Origin: a virus
Taxonomy: Duplodnaviria > Caudoviricetes
DNA length: 64,000 nucleotides
Virus record (IMG/VR): IMGVR_UViG_3300043821_000026
Location: 32,001 to 96,000 of that record
Reading direction: 5' to 3' (one strand)
Shown here: piece by piece, positions 60,069 through 64,000 of the stretch
Position numbering within the stretch: the first letter of the stretch is position 1
How the letters are laid out: each line of letters begins with the position of its first letter
Made by a program: the position numbers and the translations under genes
The notes under the pieces: generated by a model
Databases searched by the model: none
What the model was told of the DNA's origin: nothing
The model's input: the letters and a program-made list of their open reading frames with translations, nothing else

Positions 60069-60308
60069 TTAAACCCCAATTTGGGTAGTTAATTCTTCAG
60101 TCTTTAATTGTTCAGCAACATCAATTCTTTTTTCTTCACTCAATTGTGTAGCAATATATCCAATAATTGCAACAATAGTTGGAGCAAAAACCTTTAATTC
60201 AGTAGGTAATAATGGTAATAGTTGGTCTACTGTCACATAGCTTAAAATAGTTGCTATGAAAGAAATGATATTGATTGTTCGACTTTTCCATTTATATGTT
60301 TCTGTCAT
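60069..60308 (-). CDS. Holin-like two-TM membrane protein
   Basis: YKWKSRT + two hydrophobic helices + charged tail; GAGGT RBS. Confidence 0.5.
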   Translation of the reverse strand: MTETYKWKSRTINIISFIATILSYVTVDQLLPLLPTELKVFAPTIVAIIGYIATQLSEEKRIDVAEQLKTEELTTQIGV

Positions 60309-60358
60309 GATTAATTACCTCTAAATTAAAACTATTTTTTTTGTAGTATATAACTATA

Positions 60359-60667
60359 TTAAATTTTTATTATTATCGGAAATGGTTGTATATTTCCTAC
60401 TTGTACATAAAATATTACTTTATTACCATTATCTGTACAATCATATTGCGTATTAATAACACTAATATTACCTTGTACAGGAAAATTAAGTTGTTTTTGA
60501 ATATGTGGACAAACTATTCTAATAATATTACCATCAGTTGTATATTCAATATTAGCACCATTACACATTTTAGCACATACTATATCGTCATCATTATGTT
60601 CTAAATTAATATGTAATTCATCTAAATAATCAACATATTCTACTTCTTTGATTGACAACTTTGACAA
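60359..60667 (-). CDS. Hypothetical protein
   Basis: GAGG + TTG start; N-terminus resembles 56054..56251. Confidence 0.45.
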   Translation of the reverse strand: MSKLSIKEVEYVDYLDELHINLEHNDDDIVCAKMCNGANIEYTTDGNIIRIVCPHIQKQLNFPVQGNISVINTQYDCTDNGNKVIFYVQVGNIQPFPIIIKI

Positions 60668-61221
60668 CCTCTTTGTTTAATCTTTGTTTCTATATTATAT
60701 TTATACTCTATATCTTCATTAAAACTACTTGCCTCTTCATACATAAGATTTAATACTCGATTTTTATCTTCATCACTAACTGATGGGTCAAATCCAATAA
60801 TATAAGTTATTTCATATGGTTCTTGATGGAAATATTTATGGGAAAATTCAGTTACAATATCACTATTAATAACCTGCACATTAAAAATTGCACTTGTAAT
60901 TTCACTATATTTTGTAGCTAAATTAGCATAAAATTCAGTAGCTTCCTGTAAAGTACTAACTATAGATTCTATACTATTAACAACTGATTTATCATACCCA
61001 TCATAAAGATAATATTTAAATTTACCGTCCATTAAGTACATACATACAGATTGTACCCCTTGAGTAAATTCTATATCTTCAGGTTTTTTATTTCCGTCAA
61101 GCATCATAAGTCTTACGCGAAAATTATTTTCATTTAATTCTTCAACTAATCTTTGAGTATATTGATAACATTTTTCACAACCAAATTTATGTAAAATATA
61201 TAATCTTATACTTCTATACAT
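60640..61221 (-). CDS. Thioredoxin/glutaredoxin-like protein
   Basis: LYILHKFGCEKC N-terminal CxxC; C-terminal GCQSC. Confidence 0.55.
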   Translation of the reverse strand: MYRSIRLYILHKFGCEKCYQYTQRLVEELNENNFRVRLMMLDGNKKPEDIEFTQGVQSVCMYLMDGKFKYYLYDGYDKSVVNSIESIVSTLQEATEFYANLATKYSEITSAIFNVQVINSDIVTEFSHKYFHQEPYEITYIIGFDPSVSDEDKNRVLNLMYEEASSFNEDIEYKYNIETKIKQRGCQSCQSKK

Positions 61222-61484
61222 TCTTTAACCTCAAATTTATTAATAAAGTTTTTAGTACCTACAGTTTTGGGTAAGCATGATGAAAATCTATCTAATACGT
61301 ATTTATTTACATATACAGTACCCGGATTGATTAACCATATATATTCTTGATAAAAATCATTACAAAATTCATCAGTAATATTTGTAATATTAGTAAAATC
61401 AAAAGCTACAACAGAAACTTTATTAATACTATCAAAAATTTTACTAACATCTTTATTAATATATTTATCCATTATTAAAAGCAT
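61206..61484 (-). CDS. STAS-like (DUF4325-like) protein
   Basis: VAFDFTNITNITDEFCNDF pattern. Confidence 0.45.
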   Translation of the reverse strand: MLLIMDKYINKDVSKIFDSINKVSVVAFDFTNITNITDEFCNDFYQEYIWLINPGTVYVNKYVLDRFSSCLPKTVGTKNFINKFEVKECIEV

Positions 61485-62161
61485 TATATCAGCTCTCTAC
61501 CTATATGATATCCGATAATTGGAGGTATTGAATCTGCTATTTGCTGATAACTATCTTCAGTTAATTTATAACTAGCAGGAAATCCTTGTAATATACCTGC
61601 CTCTCGTGGTGTAAGTATTCTATCTTCAGTTGGGTGTATGATAATATCTTTTTTTGCGTTACTCATAATTGGAGCAAAGCTATAAGGTTTTAATCTACGA
61701 TAAGCATTAAAGGTTTTATTTTGTAGATTATAATCAGGTATATCAATCCAACAACCACCAGCAGGAACTCTTTTTATTCTTTCGGATACTGATTTAGGCA
61801 TATCTATAATAATATGACCTTGTTTTGTAGCAGTAAATTGTTGATAAAAAGTTAATGGTTCATGATTAATAGCATCTAGACTATCTTTCACAATTGGAGA
61901 TGGATATGAAAAATGATATAGGTCTACTATATTTGATTCCCATGCTAATACTCTATTTTGAGGTATTCCAAAATTTCTAATATTAAAAATTTTATCTCCT
62001 TTAGCATCATGTTTTATATATAAATAAGAATTTTCTGGAAAACCATTAGGTGGCACTTCGTGAAAAATCGACAAGTCTTCGTTTTTATCAACAATTTTAT
62101 GTCCTGCTATTTCAAATCCTATTGATAATTGAGGTGTTAAACAATATTCTTTAATTTTCAT
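61484..62161 (-). CDS. C5 cytosine methyltransferase homologue, apparently catalytically dead
   Basis: LSIGFEIAGHKIV, PPNGF (Cys lost), ENS, FGIPQNR, IHPTEDRILTPREAGILQGFP, QQIADSIPP; start at 62161 after AGGTG. Confidence 0.75.
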   Translation of the reverse strand: MKIKEYCLTPQLSIGFEIAGHKIVDKNEDLSIFHEVPPNGFPENSYLYIKHDAKGDKIFNIRNFGIPQNRVLAWESNIVDLYHFSYPSPIVKDSLDAINHEPLTFYQQFTATKQGHIIIDMPKSVSERIKRVPAGGCWIDIPDYNLQNKTFNAYRRLKPYSFAPIMSNAKKDIIIHPTEDRILTPREAGILQGFPASYKLTEDSYQQIADSIPPIIGYHIGRELI

Positions 62162-62378
62162 ATTGAACACCTTCATGAACTTGTAATGAATAAAAATAAA
62201 ATAATCTAAACCATTCATCCTCATAATCTAATCGAAAAAGTGATGGATAAGTCATCATTAAATATCCATAACCCCATTGATTATTAATTTCTGTATAATC
62301 TTTTGTCATAATTAATGGGTATGTGTGACGCTTATTACCATATTCAGAATCAATTACCCTAGTATCCAAAATTCTCAT
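62151..62378 (-). CDS. Hypothetical protein
   Basis: 75-aa ORF overlapping neighbours. Confidence 0.45.
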   Translation of the reverse strand: MRILDTRVIDSEYGNKRHTYPLIMTKDYTEINNQWGYGYLMMTYPSLFRLDYEDEWFRLFYFYSLQVHEGVQYEN

Positions 62379-62559
62379 CTATTTCACCATATAAATTATC
62401 AATATCACTATAATTAATAGTAATATCATCAATATCTACTTTAGTATCATGAAAATTGAAATGTGTTCTATCAATATCTTCAATAATCATATCATTAATA
62501 TATATAATATCATAATTATTCATTAAGTCTTTAATTTGTAATTCTCTTTCACATATCAT
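62359..62559 (-). CDS. Hypothetical protein
   Basis: GAGGT RBS; ATGA overlap with thyA. Confidence 0.5.
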   Translation of the reverse strand: MICERELQIKDLMNNYDIIYINDMIIEDIDRTHFNFHDTKVDIDDITINYSDIDNLYGEIDENFGY

Positions 62560-63272
62560 ATTTTTACCTCATTCTTAATATATTTACGTGCTTCAGGAAT
62601 ATCATTTTCATATATATGAATACTAGCACTAAGTGTTGTTATACTTCCAAAATCAATTAATTCGTTATATGATTTATCTTTGTTATAATTTCTCATAATA
62701 GATTGAACCATATATTGGACTGCAAAAAGATTACTATAATATCCTAAAAACCCATCATGAGAACGCCATATACCTGTAGTATATAATTTATTATCTCTAA
62801 TTTTACAATCAAGCATCATAAAGCATGGAATTTCGTCGCATTGAGTATCAATAAAAGGGTCATATGTGATAGCAACAGCTCTATTAGTATTACTATTTTT
62901 ATTTAATCTTTTTACAATTTCTTCAATTTGGTCTACTGCAAAATGACTTCTTAATCTATTACCATAAGTATATGTAAATCCATTATTCATTGGATTCATA
63001 AATTCCGTAATATATTCTGCAACTAATGTTGGTTTAAATGGATAATCGTCATTATCATAAATATGAGATTGTAGGCCATTAAAAATTGCATGTGGTAATA
63101 ATCGTTTATAAGACTCGCTTCTATCTAAATTTAATGGATTTGTTAGTCTTGTAACTACATCTAAGCACTCAAGCCATTTACCTCCACGCTCATTATCATG
63201 CATAACGCCATTATCCAATATATACTTAACCAATGTTTTATGAACGTTTTGTATAGTATCTCCTTCAATCAT
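62556..63272 (-). CDS. thyA: Thymidylate synthase, archaeal-type
   Basis: FTYTYGNRL, DQI, NRAV, IPC, RSHD, N, SIHIY. Confidence 0.9.
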   Translation of the reverse strand: MIEGDTIQNVHKTLVKYILDNGVMHDNERGGKWLECLDVVTRLTNPLNLDRSESYKRLLPHAIFNGLQSHIYDNDDYPFKPTLVAEYITEFMNPMNNGFTYTYGNRLRSHFAVDQIEEIVKRLNKNSNTNRAVAITYDPFIDTQCDEIPCFMMLDCKIRDNKLYTTGIWRSHDGFLGYYSNLFAVQYMVQSIMRNYNKDKSYNELIDFGSITTLSASIHIYENDIPEARKYIKNEVKI

Positions 63273-63571
63273 TATTCATCTCCCTGTTTTATATAAATAT
63301 CAATACTATCAATATCGTTATATAAAACTTCCATATACATATTATTTAAATTTTTTGTTAAAATTTTAATTTTTAAATATTCATTACCTAATATACATTT
63401 TACTATATCCCCTTTATTTATATAATAAAAAATATTGTTAATAGTGATATATTGAACATCTAAAAATGTATAACTATAATCCAACATCTTTGGTGATAAT
63501 TCACCACTTTTTTGCATTATACTTATATTATCAAGAAATTCAAATTTTTTAATAAAATTACTTTTTTCCAT
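63272..63571 (-). CDS. Hypothetical protein
   Basis: 99-aa ORF coupled to thyA (TAATG). Confidence 0.5.
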   Translation of the reverse strand: MEKSNFIKKFEFLDNISIMQKSGELSPKMLDYSYTFLDVQYITINNIFYYINKGDIVKCILGNEYLKIKILTKNLNNMYMEVLYNDIDSIDIYIKQGDE

Positions 63572-63628
63572 ATTATCACATACATAGTTATCTCAACTAC
63601 AATATATAAATGTTACTATTTTTTATTA

Positions 63629-63644
63629 CCGAAAACTTTATAAG
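63629..63644 (+). promoter_or_regulatory. Archaeal BRE-TATA promoter
   Basis: CCGAAAAC-TTTATAAG, ~24 nt above ATG 63668. Confidence 0.7.
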
Positions 63645-63667
63645 TATTATCACTTGTATACTGTATT

Positions 63668-64000
63668 ATGAATGGAATCTATGCTTGGAAAAATATACAA
63701 AACGGTAAAATGTATATTGGACAAACTAAGTATATTGTAGATAGACCTTATGACCATTTTAAATGTTCTACAAGTCATGGTCAAAAATTTGAGAACGCAA
63801 TAAAAAAATATGGAAAAAAAAGTTTTAAATTAATAATTTTAGATAAAAATGTATCAAATTTAAACATTATGGAAAAGCATTATATAAGAGTATATAGCTC
63901 TTATATTAATGGATATAATTCAACATTAGGAGGAAATGGTATATATCCTGATATTATTGAGTGTCCTCATAATATATTATGGAATTGTCGTTATACCCAT
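63668..64000 (+). CDS. GIY-YIG homing endonuclease (3'-partial), not in ORF track
   Basis: MNGIYAWKNIQNGKMYIGQT...R...H...E..YI...GYN...GG; open to the window end. Confidence 0.9.
   Translation, partial: MNGIYAWKNIQNGKMYIGQTKYIVDRPYDHFKCSTSHGQKFENAIKKYGKKSFKLIILDKNVSNLNIMEKHYIRVYSSYINGYNSTLGGNGIYPDIIECPHNILWNCRYTH

Noticed and set aside
1597-60604. Short antisense/overlapping ORFs in the track (e.g. 1597..1899, 5776..6075, 44283..44504, 50413..50751)
   Set aside because: Shadow frames of longer genes, with no RBS or recognisable motifs.

Overview
AT-rich (~25% GC by eye) 64-kb segment of a large tailed dsDNA virus, or provirus, that most likely infects a pseudomurein-walled methanogen (Methanobacteriales, e.g. 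Methanobrevibacter/Methanosphaera). Host evidence: an endolysin with pseudomurein-binding repeats plus a C39-like peptidase, methanogen-type adhesin-like proteins, BRE-TATA promoters, GGTGA-type RBSs, tRNAs with archaeal identity elements, and archaeal-type primase, XPF, dUTPase and ThyA. Positions 1-41.4 kb (+) form a structural/lysis block with giant Ig-like/beta-helix adhesins, four repeated adaptor + receptor-binding gene pairs (with indels, tandem repeats, a 402-bp duplication and an IS200/IS605 tnpA-tnpB insertion) and baseplate-like proteins. Positions 41.4-63.6 kb (mostly -) hold a five-tRNA cluster and two unannotated structured RNAs, one being a circularly permuted tRNA mimic followed by an H-type pseudoknot. 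The same block encodes NrdD with an Ala-initiated intein, a nuclease-less IS110/Nop-domain (TasA-like) protein, XPF, an Ntn protease, primase, a Cas4-like nuclease, a split bacterial-type DnaE, a Sak4-like ATPase, a dead Dcm homologue and ThyA. A GIY-YIG gene runs off the right end. All calls come from motifs read by eye; no searches were run.
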